Shown piece after piece: positions 19,812 through 29,473 of a DNA stretch of 64,000 nt; the stretch's first letter is position 1; every line of letters starts with the position of its first letter. The translations under genes and the position numbers were made by a program. The DNA comes from an uncultured bacterium. Lineage in GTDB: Bacteria > Krumholzibacteriota > Krumholzibacteriia > LZORAL124-64-63. The DNA is taken from the NCBI GenBank assembly GCA_963732385.1, contig CAVSZB010000007.1, positions 192,001 through 256,000 on the forward strand. The letters run 5' to 3'. Under the pieces are notes generated by a model. It ran no database searches. It worked only from the letters and a program-made list of their open reading frames with translations, and had not been told where the DNA came from.

Positions 19812-20249
19812 ATGAGCAGGGTGACGCGCGAGGACGGGCATCTCGTGGTGGCGGCGATCCGGGTGCTGGCGCATCGTGAAGAGCGGCCGCCGCGCCCCGA
19901 GGAGGTGGCGGTCCTGCTCGGCATGGCGCCCGAGGTGCTGCGCGCCCGCATGGCCATTCTGGCCGAGACCGGCGTGCTGGCGATGATCGAGAGCGCCTTC
20001 GACACGCATCTCGAAATCCGCGACCACCTGCGCCTGGAGGAACTGGAGGCGGGCGCGCAGTCGCGCGCGCTGGACGAGGACCTTGCCGACTTCGACCGGC
20101 GCCAGAAGGAACAGGCCGATAAGATGTCCCGCCTGTTCGACGAGGGGGATCACGAGCGACGCCAGGCGGAGCGCGTCCGGAAGATGGAGGAAGAGTTGCG
20201 CGACTTCCGGCAGCGGAAGCCGCGCAGTCCGTTCGCCGACGACGACTGA
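19812..20249 (+). CDS. Hypothetical protein (possible winged-helix N-terminus plus charged coiled coil)
   Basis: RBS GGAGG, coding-like composition; PEEVAVLLGMAPEVLRARMAILAETGVL resembles an HTH. Confidence 0.7.
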   Translation: MSRVTREDGHLVVAAIRVLAHREERPPRPEEVAVLLGMAPEVLRARMAILAETGVLAMIESAFDTHLEIRDHLRLEELEAGAQSRALDEDLADFDRRQKEQADKMSRLFDEGDHERRQAERVRKMEEELRDFRQRKPRSPFADDD

Positions 20250-20279
20250 CGGTGGCGACGCGATGGGCGCCGCCCGCTG

Positions 20280-22091
20280 TCAGCCGCCGCTGCGCGCCAG
20301 CGTGGAGCGGTTGTCGATGATCTTCGCCACGGTGGTCTGTTCCTGGTACCACGACTCCAGCAACTCGTACTGCCGCCGGCCCAGCAGTTGCGCGCGCAAC
20401 TGCGCGCGCTGCTGTTCGAACGCTGTTTCCGGCAGCGGCGATCGCCAGAGCGAGCGCAGGGCGAATACGCCGCGCGGCGTCTCCACTTGCGGTATGAGCT
20501 GGCCTGGCGTCGCCACGATGGCCGCCATGTTGAAGGCCGTGCCGAAGCCGACTTTCGCCACGTTGCCCGTCGCGGAGAAGGTGTCGGTCACCGCGTAGGC
20601 GAGACCGAAGCGTGACGCCGCATCGGCCAGCGAGGTGCCGGCCCGCACCGCGGCTACCGCGGGCGCCAGTCTTTGCGCCGCCGCTTCACGCAGTCGGCGC
20701 TGGCGCGCCTCGGCCACGATTTGGCTGCGCACCTCGTCGAGCGGCGCCGGCCCGGCCGGCTGGATCTGGTCGCATCGCACCGCGAAATAGACCTCGTCAT
20801 TCTCGAGCAGACCGCTCACCTGTCCCTGCCTGGCCTGGAAGGCGAACTGCGTTCCGGCCACGCTCCCGGGCAGGCCGGGGATGTCCTGCTTCGCGGAGAT
20901 GGGGGCCGTCGACTGCGGTTTCAGACCGCCCGCGGCGACCGCCTTGTCGAATCCATCTTCGCGCGCCTGCGCGAGAAACGATTCGACCTGGTCGGCCAGC
21001 GACGACAGGGTGGCGTCGCCCGCCTCTATCTTGAACAGGATGTGGCGCGCGTGCACCTGGGCCACCAGACCGTTCTCGCGCATCTGCTCGATCACCTCGA
21101 TCAGGTGATAGCCGAACGGGGTCTCGACCGGGTCGCTGATCTGTCCGGGCGGCAGGGCGAAGGCCGCCGCCGTGAAAGGCGCGACCATCTGATTGCGGTC
21201 GAACGTGCCGAGGTCCCCGCCGAGGTCTTTGGAGGGGTCCGTTGAGTAGATGGCCGCTGCTTCCGCGAAGGTGCTCTGGCCCGCTTCGATTTCGCGTTTG
21301 ACATCCAGGGCGAGCTGGCGCACCTCGGCCTTGTCCCCCTCGCTCGGCTGTTTCGGCCAGGTCACGAAGGTCAGCCTGACGCGCTCCGGACGATCATACC
21401 GGCCGCGGGTCGCCTGGTAGAGCGACGCGATCTCCGCCTCGGTCGGCTCCGGGCCTGCCGGCAGGTCGGCGGTGAGGGCCCCCATCCACTCGGCCACGGC
21501 GCGTCCCTGCTGGCGCAGCCAGGCGTCACGCACTTCCGCGTCCGAAACGACGGCGCGCGAAGCGATCATCTGCTGCAGCTTCTGCCGTGGCAGTGACTCC
21601 CGCAGGTAGGCTTCCACTCCGGACCAGTCGCGGTTGGGATTGTTCAGCTCGGCCATGTAGGCCTGCATGTTCGGCTGTCCGCTCTCGTCTCGGAACTGCG
21701 TCAGCAGTTCCTGCGGTGGGTTGGTGCGCAGGACGTCGAGGATCTCCTCGTCGCTCACGGACAGCCCAAGGCGCTTGATCTCCGCGCGTTCGAGGCGATC
21801 GCGCACCAGGCCCTGCCACAACTGTTCACCCGCGCTCGCGCGCTGGTTGGGGGTGAGCGCCTGCTCCTGGTTCTGCTGGCGCATGCGTGCCATGTAGTTC
21901 TGCAACGCCTGGTCCCATTCCAGAGCAGTGATCGGCGCGCCGTTGACCTGGCCCACCAGATCCCCGTTCCGGCCCCCTTTCTGGCCGCGTCCCTGGAAAT
22001 CGGCGCCCCAGGCCAGGAAGATGAACAGGATGAACGAGGCGGCGATGATCCAGTAAATGAACTTGGCCTTCGAGCGTAGCAGCTTGAACAT
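20280..22091 (-). CDS. ppiD: PpiD/SurA-family peptidyl-prolyl isomerase
   Basis: N-terminal TM anchor (MFKLLRSK..WIIAASFILFIF), SurA_N region, parvulin motifs GGDLG, MVAPFTAAAF, SDPVETPFGYHLI, ARHIL. Confidence 0.85.
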   Translation of the reverse strand: MFKLLRSKAKFIYWIIAASFILFIFLAWGADFQGRGQKGGRNGDLVGQVNGAPITALEWDQALQNYMARMRQQNQEQALTPNQRASAGEQLWQGLVRDRLERAEIKRLGLSVSDEEILDVLRTNPPQELLTQFRDESGQPNMQAYMAELNNPNRDWSGVEAYLRESLPRQKLQQMIASRAVVSDAEVRDAWLRQQGRAVAEWMGALTADLPAGPEPTEAEIASLYQATRGRYDRPERVRLTFVTWPKQPSEGDKAEVRQLALDVKREIEAGQSTFAEAAAIYSTDPSKDLGGDLGTFDRNQMVAPFTAAAFALPPGQISDPVETPFGYHLIEVIEQMRENGLVAQVHARHILFKIEAGDATLSSLADQVESFLAQAREDGFDKAVAAGGLKPQSTAPISAKQDIPGLPGSVAGTQFAFQARQGQVSGLLENDEVYFAVRCDQIQPAGPAPLDEVRSQIVAEARQRRLREAAAQRLAPAVAAVRAGTSLADAASRFGLAYAVTDTFSATGNVAKVGFGTAFNMAAIVATPGQLIPQVETPRGVFALRSLWRSPLPETAFEQQRAQLRAQLLGRRQYELLESWYQEQTTVAKIIDNRSTLARSGG

Positions 22092-22202
22092 CTCGGGGAT
22101 CTCCTCGGGGACAGGTCGCACACAGCCGCGTCGACGCGCGGACCCCCACCGGCGGCGCCGCGAAAACGGCGGGCCGGAGCGGCGGGAAAAATTCAGCTTT
22201 TC

Positions 22203-22232
22203 AAGATAACACGCTCCTGTCGGCCATCACAA
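22203..22232 (-). promoter_or_regulatory. Possible promoter for ppiD
   Basis: Minus strand TTGTGA-N18-TATCTT with an extended -10 TG. Confidence 0.4.
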
Positions 22233-22406
22233 GGGCGTTTCGGCGCGAAGTGAGCCGCCATTTCCCCCGACGGCGCGCCGTCGACCCCTTTCCCGGGTAA
22301 AACGGGGGCTCGCGCGCGGGTGGAATGCGGAGCCCGGCCCGCGGCTGGACGCCTCGTCTACAGCCTGCTAACGTGGCCGGTCGCATCAATCGCCAGGAGG
22401 TCCATT

Positions 22407-24350
22407 GTGCGCCGGTCCGGACAGCGACCGTTATTTATCGCGCTGCTGCTGCTGCTGGCCGGAGGCGCTGCGGCGCGCTCCGCGGGGCCGCCGCAGGCTG
22501 CCGCCGACAGTCTCGCCGCCGCCGCGCCCCTCTGGCCGCTGGACCTGCCCACCCGGTACCTGACCTCGAATTTCATGGAGTATCGCCCGGGTCGTTTCCA
22601 TTCCGGCATCGATCTCAAGACGGGGGGACGGACCGGCTGGGCCGTGCGGGCCGCCGAGGACGGTTCGGTGATCCTGCTGCGTGCGTTGCCGGAGGGCTAC
22701 GGGCGGGCGGTCGTGCTGGAGGGGCAGTCCGGGCGACGGTATCTCTACGCGCATCTCGAGCGTTTCGCCGACCGCCTGCGCGCTGCGGTGACGGTTGCGC
22801 AGCGCGCTGCGGGACGCTACCGCGTCGAGTTGGAACTGCCGCCTGGCGAGCTCACGGTGACGCGCGGGGAGGTGCTGGCGCTGTCGGGCCAGAGTGGCAC
22901 CGTCGGCCCGCATCTCCATCTGGAGGTGCGCAACGCCGCCGGTTGGGCGCTCGATCCGTTGCGGCACGGTTTCGCCGCGCGAGACACGATCCCGCCGCGT
23001 CTGCTGCGGGTGACGGCGCTGCCGGCCGCTCCCGACGCCCGGATCGAGGGGGGGCTGACGGCGCGCAGCGTGGCCGACACCGCCGGTCTGCCGGCCGAAC
23101 TGCCGCTGCTGCGGATACGCGGGGCGGTCGCCTTCGCGGCCGAGTGGGAGGAGCGCAGCGATCGCATGGGGCACCGGCTCGCGCCGCGGGAGCTGTGGGT
23201 GCGGCTCGACGGCGTGACGGTGTTCACGGCCGTCAACGACAGTTTTCCCTTCGCGCGGCAGGTGGAGCAGCGCCTCGAGTGGCTGGAAACGGCCGGGCGG
23301 CGGATGCAGTGGCTCTGGCGGCGGCCGCAGATCAGCCTGCCGGGGCGCGCCGGCGGCGGCTGGTCGCTGGCGGGTGGGGGGCTGTCGCCGGGCCGCCATC
23401 GGGTGGAGATCAGCGCCGCCGACGCCACTGGCAACACCGTTGCGGTGGCCTGGTGGCTCGATGTGGCCGACACGGTCGTTGGCGCCGACACGGCAGGGGG
23501 CGGCGGCTGGCTGACGGACGACGTGGCGGTGCAATTGCCGTTCGTGGCGGAGGGGAGGGCGCGCCGGCTGACGCCGTTTCTCGAGATCGCGGCCGGGTCT
23601 GACGGCGAAGAGGAGGCGTGGCCGCTGCTCGGGCCGCGTGACGCTGATCCGCCCGGCTGGCGGCGGCTTGTCCTGTCGCCCGGGGAGGGGACGCCTTTGT
23701 TCGCGCCGGCGTTCCTGTTCGCCGCGCCCGATTCGCTGGCGTGGGGGGAGGCGCGGGCCGCTTTGGCCGCACAGGGGCTGGCCGCGCTCGGGCCGGCCGC
23801 CTGGCTGCTGACGCCTGACTGGCCGACCTACGGCCGCCCCGTGGTCGCCTGGCCCGGTCCGCTGCCGGACGCGGCTGGCTCACGGGACGTGGCGGCCTAC
23901 CGCGAAAGCGCGCCTGGAGAGTGGCGCTGGGCCGGGCGCCTGCAGGGAGGGGGCGGCGGCGGGGACCAGAGCTGGTCGCTGGCGTTGCCCGGCTCCGGGC
24001 GCTATGCCCTGCTGCGCGACACGCGTCGACCCGAAATCGGCGCCGGGCCGCCCGGCGGGGTGGTGCGCCGCGCCGCTGTTCGCCACCGCGCGGGGATCAG
24101 TCTGCCGCGGTGGGAGATGGTGGCGGTGACGCTGGCCGACGGCGGTTCCGGCGTTGATATCGCCACGCTGACCGCCACTCTTGATGGCCGGCCGTTCATC
24201 GTCGAACCGGATCCCAGCCACGGGCGCGTGCTGGCGGAACTGCCCGACAACCTCGCGACGGGGCCGCATACGCTCGAACTGCGGGTGGCGGACCGGGCCG
24301 GCCTGAGCGCGCGGCGGCGTCTGGCGCTCCAGCTTGTCGCCGCGCGCTGA
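22407..24350 (+). CDS. Exported M23-family metallopeptidase with C-terminal Ig-like domains
   Basis: GTG after AGGAGG; signal peptide; FMEYRPGRFHSGIDL (HxxxD), YAHL, SGQSG..GPHLHLEVR (HxH). Confidence 0.85.
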   Translation: MRRSGQRPLFIALLLLLAGGAAARSAGPPQAAADSLAAAAPLWPLDLPTRYLTSNFMEYRPGRFHSGIDLKTGGRTGWAVRAAEDGSVILLRALPEGYGRAVVLEGQSGRRYLYAHLERFADRLRAAVTVAQRAAGRYRVELELPPGELTVTRGEVLALSGQSGTVGPHLHLEVRNAAGWALDPLRHGFAARDTIPPRLLRVTALPAAPDARIEGGLTARSVADTAGLPAELPLLRIRGAVAFAAEWEERSDRMGHRLAPRELWVRLDGVTVFTAVNDSFPFARQVEQRLEWLETAGRRMQWLWRRPQISLPGRAGGGWSLAGGGLSPGRHRVEISAADATGNTVAVAWWLDVADTVVGADTAGGGGWLTDDVAVQLPFVAEGRARRLTPFLEIAAGSDGEEEAWPLLGPRDADPPGWRRLVLSPGEGTPLFAPAFLFAAPDSLAWGEARAALAAQGLAALGPAAWLLTPDWPTYGRPVVAWPGPLPDAAGSRDVAAYRESAPGEWRWAGRLQGGGGGGDQSWSLALPGSGRYALLRDTRRPEIGAGPPGGVVRRAAVRHRAGISLPRWEMVAVTLADGGSGVDIATLTATLDGRPFIVEPDPSHGRVLAELPDNLATGPHTLELRVADRAGLSARRRLALQLVAAR

Positions 24351-24476
24351 GCGCCGATCGGCCCGCCTGCCGTCGCGGCGAAGTGGACGCGCGGTCGGGA
24401 GGCTGTTACAGTAGCGGCGCCCCGGCAGGAGGCCGGGGCCGCGTGACCGCGCGCATCCCGGCGAGGACAGCAAGGC

Positions 24477-27400
24477 ATGCCGCCCGACCGTTTCGTTCAC
24501 CTGCACAACCACAGCGACTACTCCCTGCTCGACGGGGCGATGAAGACGCGCGCCATGGCCGAGCGGGCCGTGGCGTGCGGCATGTCGGCGCTGGCGCTGA
24601 CCGACCACGGCAACCTCTTCGGGGCGGTGGAGTTCTATATCGCCTGTCGCAAGGCGGGCGTGCGTCCCATCCTCGGCATGGAGGCGTACATCGCGCGCGA
24701 TCGCCTCGATCGCACCACCGAGGAGGGGAAGCAGGCGCACCACCTCGTGCTGCTGGCCACCGATCTGACCGGCTGGCGCAACCTGATCTGCCTCGCGTCG
24801 CTCGGCTACCTCGAAGGGTTCTACTACAAGCCGCGCATCGATCACGACCTGCTGGCGGCGCACGCACAGGGGCTGATCGGCCTGAGCGCCTGTCTGTCCG
24901 GCGAAACCAGCCGGCGCCTGCTCCGGGATGATCTGGCGGGGGCGGTGAAGGTGGCGGCGCGGTACGGCGAGATTTTCGGTCCCGACCGCTTCTACCTCGA
25001 GATCCAGGATCACGGCCTCGAGCCGGAGGCCAAGGTGCGCCAACTGACGCCTCTGGTGGCGCGCGAGACCGGCCTGCCGGTGGTTGCCACGAACGACTGC
25101 CACTTCCTGCAGCGCGACCATCACCAGGCCCACGACATCCTGCTCTGCATCCAGACCAACCGCCGGGTAGAGGAGCAGAACCGGCTGCGCTACGAAACCG
25201 ACCAGGTCTATTTCAAGGACACCGGGGAGATGCTCGACCTCTTCCGGGACTGGCCACACGCCACCGAGAACACGCTCGCCATTGCGGACCGCTGTAACCT
25301 CGAACTGAAGCTCGGAGAGCTGCTGCTGCCGAAGTTCCCCATCCCGGACCGCTTTCCCGACGCCGACGCTTATCTCGAGCACCTGGCGCGCGAGGGGCTG
25401 CATGATCGGTATCCGCTGCCCACGGCGGAGGCGGAGGAGCGGCTCGCCTACGAACTGAACGTGATCCGCAGGACCGGGTACGCCGGCTACTTCCTGATCG
25501 TGTGGGACTTCATCCTGGCGGCCCGGCGGATGGACATCCCGGTCGGACCGGGCCGCGGGTCGGCGGCCGGGAGTCTTGTCTGCTACAATCTGCGCATCAC
25601 GGACATCGACCCGCTCCACAATCGCCTGTTGTTCGAGCGTTTTCTCAATCCCGAGCGCATCTCGATGCCGGACATCGACATCGACTTCTGTTTCGAGAAG
25701 CGTCCGCGGATCATCCAGTACGTCATCGACAAGTATGGCAAGGACAACGTTTCCCAGATCATCACCTTCGGCACGATGGCGGCGCGCGGCGTGCTCAAGG
25801 ACGTGGCGCGCACGCTCGGCTTCTCCTTCAGCGAGGCCGATCGTATCAGCAAGCTGGTGCCGGAGGGGCCGGGGGTGCAACTGGCGCAGGCGATCGCCGA
25901 AGTGCCCGGTTTCTCCGACGTGCGGGGCGAGTCTCCGCGCCACGACATGCTGATCACCAACGCGCTCATCCTCGAGGGACTGGCGCGCAACCCCGGCATC
26001 CACGCGGCCGGCGTGCTGATCACGCCGAGCGCGCTCATCGAGCACATCCCGCTCTACAAGTCGTCGAAGGACGACATCACCAGCCAGTTCGACATGAAGA
26101 TGATCGAGGAGCTCGGGCTGCTGAAGATGGACTTCCTCGGCCTGCGCACGCTCACCGTCATCGACAAGGCGCTCAGACTGGTGGAAGAGACGAAGGGGAT
26201 CCGGCTCACCGCGGAGGAGATCCCCCTCGACGACCCCGCAACCTACCGGCTGCTGCAGGAGGGGCGCACCGTCGGCATCTTCCAGCTCGAGAGCTCCGGC
26301 ATGCAGGAGCTGGTGCGCAAGATGCAGCCGAACACCTTCGAGGACATCACGGCCGTCAACGCGCTGTTCCGGCCGGGGCCGCTGGGCGCCGGCATGGATC
26401 AGACCTACGTCGACTGCAAGCACGGGCGCAAGCCGATCCGCTATCCGCACCCGGACCTGGCCCCGATCCTGGTCGAAACCTACGGGGTCATCCTGTACCA
26501 GGAACAGGTGATGCAGATCGCCAGCCTCATGGGAGGCTTCTCCCTGGGGGAGGCCGACATGCTGCGCAAGGCGATGGGCAAGAAGAAGAAGGATGTGATG
26601 GACAAGATGCGCGTCCTCTTCCTCGAGGGGGCGCAGGCGAAGGGCTATCCCGGCCAGACCGCCGGAGAAGTGTACGATCTGATGGCGAATTTCGCGGAGT
26701 ATGGCTTCAATAAGTCGCATAGCGCGAGCTACGCCGTGCTGACCCTGCGCACCGCCTGGTTGAAGACGCACCACCCGGCCGAGTTCATGGCGGCCAACAT
26801 GACCTCCGAGATGCGCAAGGCCGATCGCGTGACCGAACTGGTGGACGAGGTCAAGGCGCTCGGGCTGCGGATCGCGCCGCCCGACGCCAACAGTCCCCGC
26901 CCGGAGTTCTCGGTGCGTGGCGAGACGATCGTGTTCGGCATGGGGGCGGTGAAGAACGTCGGCCAGAAGGCGGTGGAGGAGATCGCCGCGGCGCGCGAGC
27001 GTCTCGGTCGGGACTTCCTCGACCTGTTCGACCTCTGCTCGACCGTCGAACTGCAGAAGGTCAACAGCAAGGTGCTCGAGTCGCTCATCCACGCCGGTGC
27101 CCTCGATGCGCTGCCGGGGCACCGTCGCCAGCTCGCCGTGAACCTGGAGCGCGCGGTCGCCCACGGGCACCGGCTGGCGCGGGACCGGCAGCAGGGGCAG
27201 TCGTCGCTGTTCGGCGGCCCTGGGCAGGGAGCGGCGGCGCCGGCGTTGCAGAGCGTCGAGCCGTACGATCCGCTGGACGAGCTGAGCCTCGAACGTCGGG
27301 CGCTCGGCTTCTACCTTTCGGGACACCCCTTCCACGAGTACCGCGAACTGATCACGGCGCTGCCGGTGGCGCAGGCGCGTGCGGTGGCCGGTCTGGGCGA

Positions 27401-28001
27401 GGGGGCCTGGGTGGAGCTGGCCGGTGTGGTCACGTCGTACGAAGAGGCCCGCGACCGCAACAAGCGCCTCTACGCGCGCACACATTTCGAGGATCGCACC
27501 GGCTGCATCGGCCTGATCGTCTACGCCAGCCTGTACGAGACCGCCGCCGCACTCGTGCAGGGCGACGCCATCCTGGTGGCCGGCGGCCGGGTGCGCTTCC
27601 GCTCCGACGGCAGCCGCGAGGTCGTGGCCGAGCGTCTCACCTCGGTGGATCAGGCTTTCGGCGACTGGACGCAGGAGGTCCTGGTGCGGCTCGATCTCGA
27701 CGCCGGGGGCGAGGCGGCCGTGGTGGCCCTGGCGCGCTGCCTCGAGACGCACGGTGGCGGCGTGCCGCCGCCCGGGGGGGGGGGTGTCCGCACGGCGCCG
27801 CTTTTGACCCTGATCCATCGCGACCGGCGGGAGTGGCTGCTGCAGGGCGTCCGGGGGCGGGTCGAACTCACGCTGCCGGCCCTGCGGGTGCTGCGTGCCC
27901 TGCCGGGGCACTGCGAGACGGTGCTGCGCTGCGTCCTGCCGCCTCCGGTGCCGCGGCGCGGGGGCGACAACGGCGGCCAGCGCCGCCGTCCCCAACCTTG
28001 A
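24477..28001 (+). CDS. dnaE: DNA polymerase III alpha subunit
   Basis: FVHLHNHSDYSLLDG (PHP), GPGRGSAAGS, MPDIDIDF, KMDFLGL, YGFNKSH; no intein visible. Confidence 0.98.
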   Translation: MPPDRFVHLHNHSDYSLLDGAMKTRAMAERAVACGMSALALTDHGNLFGAVEFYIACRKAGVRPILGMEAYIARDRLDRTTEEGKQAHHLVLLATDLTGWRNLICLASLGYLEGFYYKPRIDHDLLAAHAQGLIGLSACLSGETSRRLLRDDLAGAVKVAARYGEIFGPDRFYLEIQDHGLEPEAKVRQLTPLVARETGLPVVATNDCHFLQRDHHQAHDILLCIQTNRRVEEQNRLRYETDQVYFKDTGEMLDLFRDWPHATENTLAIADRCNLELKLGELLLPKFPIPDRFPDADAYLEHLAREGLHDRYPLPTAEAEERLAYELNVIRRTGYAGYFLIVWDFILAARRMDIPVGPGRGSAAGSLVCYNLRITDIDPLHNRLLFERFLNPERISMPDIDIDFCFEKRPRIIQYVIDKYGKDNVSQIITFGTMAARGVLKDVARTLGFSFSEADRISKLVPEGPGVQLAQAIAEVPGFSDVRGESPRHDMLITNALILEGLARNPGIHAAGVLITPSALIEHIPLYKSSKDDITSQFDMKMIEELGLLKMDFLGLRTLTVIDKALRLVEETKGIRLTAEEIPLDDPATYRLLQEGRTVGIFQLESSGMQELVRKMQPNTFEDITAVNALFRPGPLGAGMDQTYVDCKHGRKPIRYPHPDLAPILVETYGVILYQEQVMQIASLMGGFSLGEADMLRKAMGKKKKDVMDKMRVLFLEGAQAKGYPGQTAGEVYDLMANFAEYGFNKSHSASYAVLTLRTAWLKTHHPAEFMAANMTSEMRKADRVTELVDEVKALGLRIAPPDANSPRPEFSVRGETIVFGMGAVKNVGQKAVEEIAAARERLGRDFLDLFDLCSTVELQKVNSKVLESLIHAGALDALPGHRRQLAVNLERAVAHGHRLARDRQQGQSSLFGGPGQGAAAPALQSVEPYDPLDELSLERRALGFYLSGHPFHEYRELITALPVAQARAVAGLGEGAWVELAGVVTSYEEARDRNKRLYARTHFEDRTGCIGLIVYASLYETAAALVQGDAILVAGGRVRFRSDGSREVVAERLTSVDQAFGDWTQEVLVRLDLDAGGEAAVVALARCLETHGGGVPPPGGGGVRTAPLLTLIHRDRREWLLQGVRGRVELTLPALRVLRALPGHCETVLRCVLPPPVPRRGGDNGGQRRRPQP

Positions 28002-28027
28002 CACCGGGTTACGCCCGCGGGTAGATT
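27998..28027 (+). promoter_or_regulatory. sigma70-type promoter for accA
   Basis: TTGACA-N18-TAGATT overlapping the dnaE stop. Confidence 0.5.
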
Positions 28028-28084
28028 CGCGCTTTCCGGCCGCCGGCGGCCGGCCCCGGCCTGCCCAGAGGAGCGCCCGGCCAG

Positions 28085-29068
28085 ATGGACTGGAGCAAGA
28101 AAGGGCCCTGGCTCGATTTCGAGCAGCCCCTGGTGGAACTCGAGGAGAGGATCCGCACTCTTCAGGACTCCGCAGTCGTGCGTGGACTCGACGTCGGCGA
28201 CGAGGTTGAGCGTCTGCGACGGCGCGTCGAGCAGCTGGGGCGGGAGATCTTCGCCAATCTTGATCCTTGGCAGCGTGTCCAACTGGCTCGGCATCCGCGG
28301 CGTCCCACCACCCTCGACTACATCAGATACGTATTCGACAGCTTCGTGGAATTGCACGGCGACCGTCTGTTCCGCGACGATTCCGCCATCGTAGGGGGGC
28401 TGGCCGCGCTCGGCGAGCGGCGGCTGCTGGTGATCGGGCACCAGAAGGGGCGCGACACCAAGTCCAACATCCTGCGCAACTTCGGCATGGCCCATCCGGA
28501 GGGTTACCGCAAGTCGCTCCGTCTCATGGAATTGGCGGCGCGCCACGGGCGACCGGTCGTGACCTTCATCGACACGCCGGGAGCCTATCCCGGCATCGGG
28601 GCGGAAGAGCGGGGGCAGGCCGAGGCGATCGCGACCAATCTGCGCGAGATGGCGGCCCTGCCGGTGCCGATCCTCGCCTTCGTCACCGGCGAGGGGGGCT
28701 CCGGCGGCGCCCTCGCCATCGGCGTGGCCGACCGGGTGACGATGCTCGAGAACGCGATCTACAGCGTGATCAGCCCGGAGGGTTGCGCCGCGATCCTGTG
28801 GCGGGATCGCGCCAAAGCGCCGGAAGCGGCGCGCGCCATGAAGATCACGGCCACCGACGCGCTCGGTCTTGGCGTGATCGACCGCATCCTGCCGGAGCCG
28901 CTCGGGGGGGCGCACCGCGACCACGCCGGCGCTGCCGCCCTCATCCGCAAGGCGATTCTCGACGACCTGCCTGACTTCGAGAGCCGTTCGCCCGCCGTAC
29001 TGCTTGAAGATCGGCTGCAGAAATTCCTCGGTATGGGCATCTACGCGGAGGAGTCGCCTGCGGAGTGA
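28085..29068 (+). CDS. accA: Acetyl-CoA carboxylase carboxyltransferase alpha
   Basis: LDFEQP, ARHPRRP, ELHGDR, GHQKGR, PEGYRK, IDTPGAYPG, GEGGSGGALA, YSVISPEGCA. Confidence 0.98.
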   Translation: MDWSKKGPWLDFEQPLVELEERIRTLQDSAVVRGLDVGDEVERLRRRVEQLGREIFANLDPWQRVQLARHPRRPTTLDYIRYVFDSFVELHGDRLFRDDSAIVGGLAALGERRLLVIGHQKGRDTKSNILRNFGMAHPEGYRKSLRLMELAARHGRPVVTFIDTPGAYPGIGAEERGQAEAIATNLREMAALPVPILAFVTGEGGSGGALAIGVADRVTMLENAIYSVISPEGCAAILWRDRAKAPEAARAMKITATDALGLGVIDRILPEPLGGAHRDHAGAAALIRKAILDDLPDFESRSPAVLLEDRLQKFLGMGIYAEESPAE

Positions 29069-29082
29069 GGAGCCGGGACGGG

Positions 29083-29111
29083 TTGACAAGGAGGCCGCCC
29101 GCCTGTATGCT
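29083..29111 (+). promoter_or_regulatory. Near-consensus sigma70 promoter for the Trm112-porU cluster
   Basis: TTGACA-N17-TATGCT. Confidence 0.7.
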
Positions 29112-29288
29112 GAATCTCGCCAACCTCTTCAGGGATGCCTCTCGCGGGGTCAACCGGTCCGCGCGGGGGGTCCGCTTCGATTCTGCTCCCGATTCCCCGG
29201 AGCCGTCGTTTTTTTGCGCCCGCTCCCGACGTGTTTCGGCGAATACAGTGGATCGCCTGTATCGCGTTGGTAGTGGGGGAGGGATGTA

Positions 29289-29465
29289 ATGCTCGATCCG
29301 AAATTGCTCGAGATCCTGGCCTGTCCCCGCTGCCGGGGACCGGTGACGCCGCTAGCCGATCATTCGGCCCTCGACTGCCGCGCCTGCGGACTGCGCTATC
29401 GGGTCGAGGACGACATCCCGATCATGCTGATCGACGAGGCCCGGAAGCTGACACCGGAAGGGTGA
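29289..29465 (+). CDS. Trm112/YcaR-family small zinc-ribbon protein (58 aa)
   Basis: Not in the ORF track. Manual translation MLDPKLLEILACPRCRGPVTPLADHSALDCRACGLRYRVEDDIPIMLIDEARKLTPEG; RBS GGAGGG. Confidence 0.92.
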   Translation: MLDPKLLEILACPRCRGPVTPLADHSALDCRACGLRYRVEDDIPIMLIDEARKLTPEG

Positions 29466-29473
29466 GCGGCCGC

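Noticed and set aside
24477..28001. Intein or split dnaE
   Set aside because: Length is normal (1174 aa) and the motifs around the usual insertion sites are contiguous.
23880..28004. Very long antisense ORFs (e.g. 23880-28004, 2227-4554, 16048-18966, 51630-54665, 55425-59606)
   Set aside because: They mirror well-identified genes on the opposite strand and have no recognisable motifs. They are shadow ORFs expected from high GC and codon bias.
29118..29215. Possible tRNA or tRNA-Sec (contains TTCGA; selenium genes are in the window)
   Set aside because: I could not build a cloverleaf, acceptor stem or UCA anticodon arm.
29135..29473. First 113 codons of the 1609-aa track ORF
   Set aside because: They overlap the structured leader and the Trm112 gene in another frame. 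The real start is ATG 29474 (or GTG 29462).
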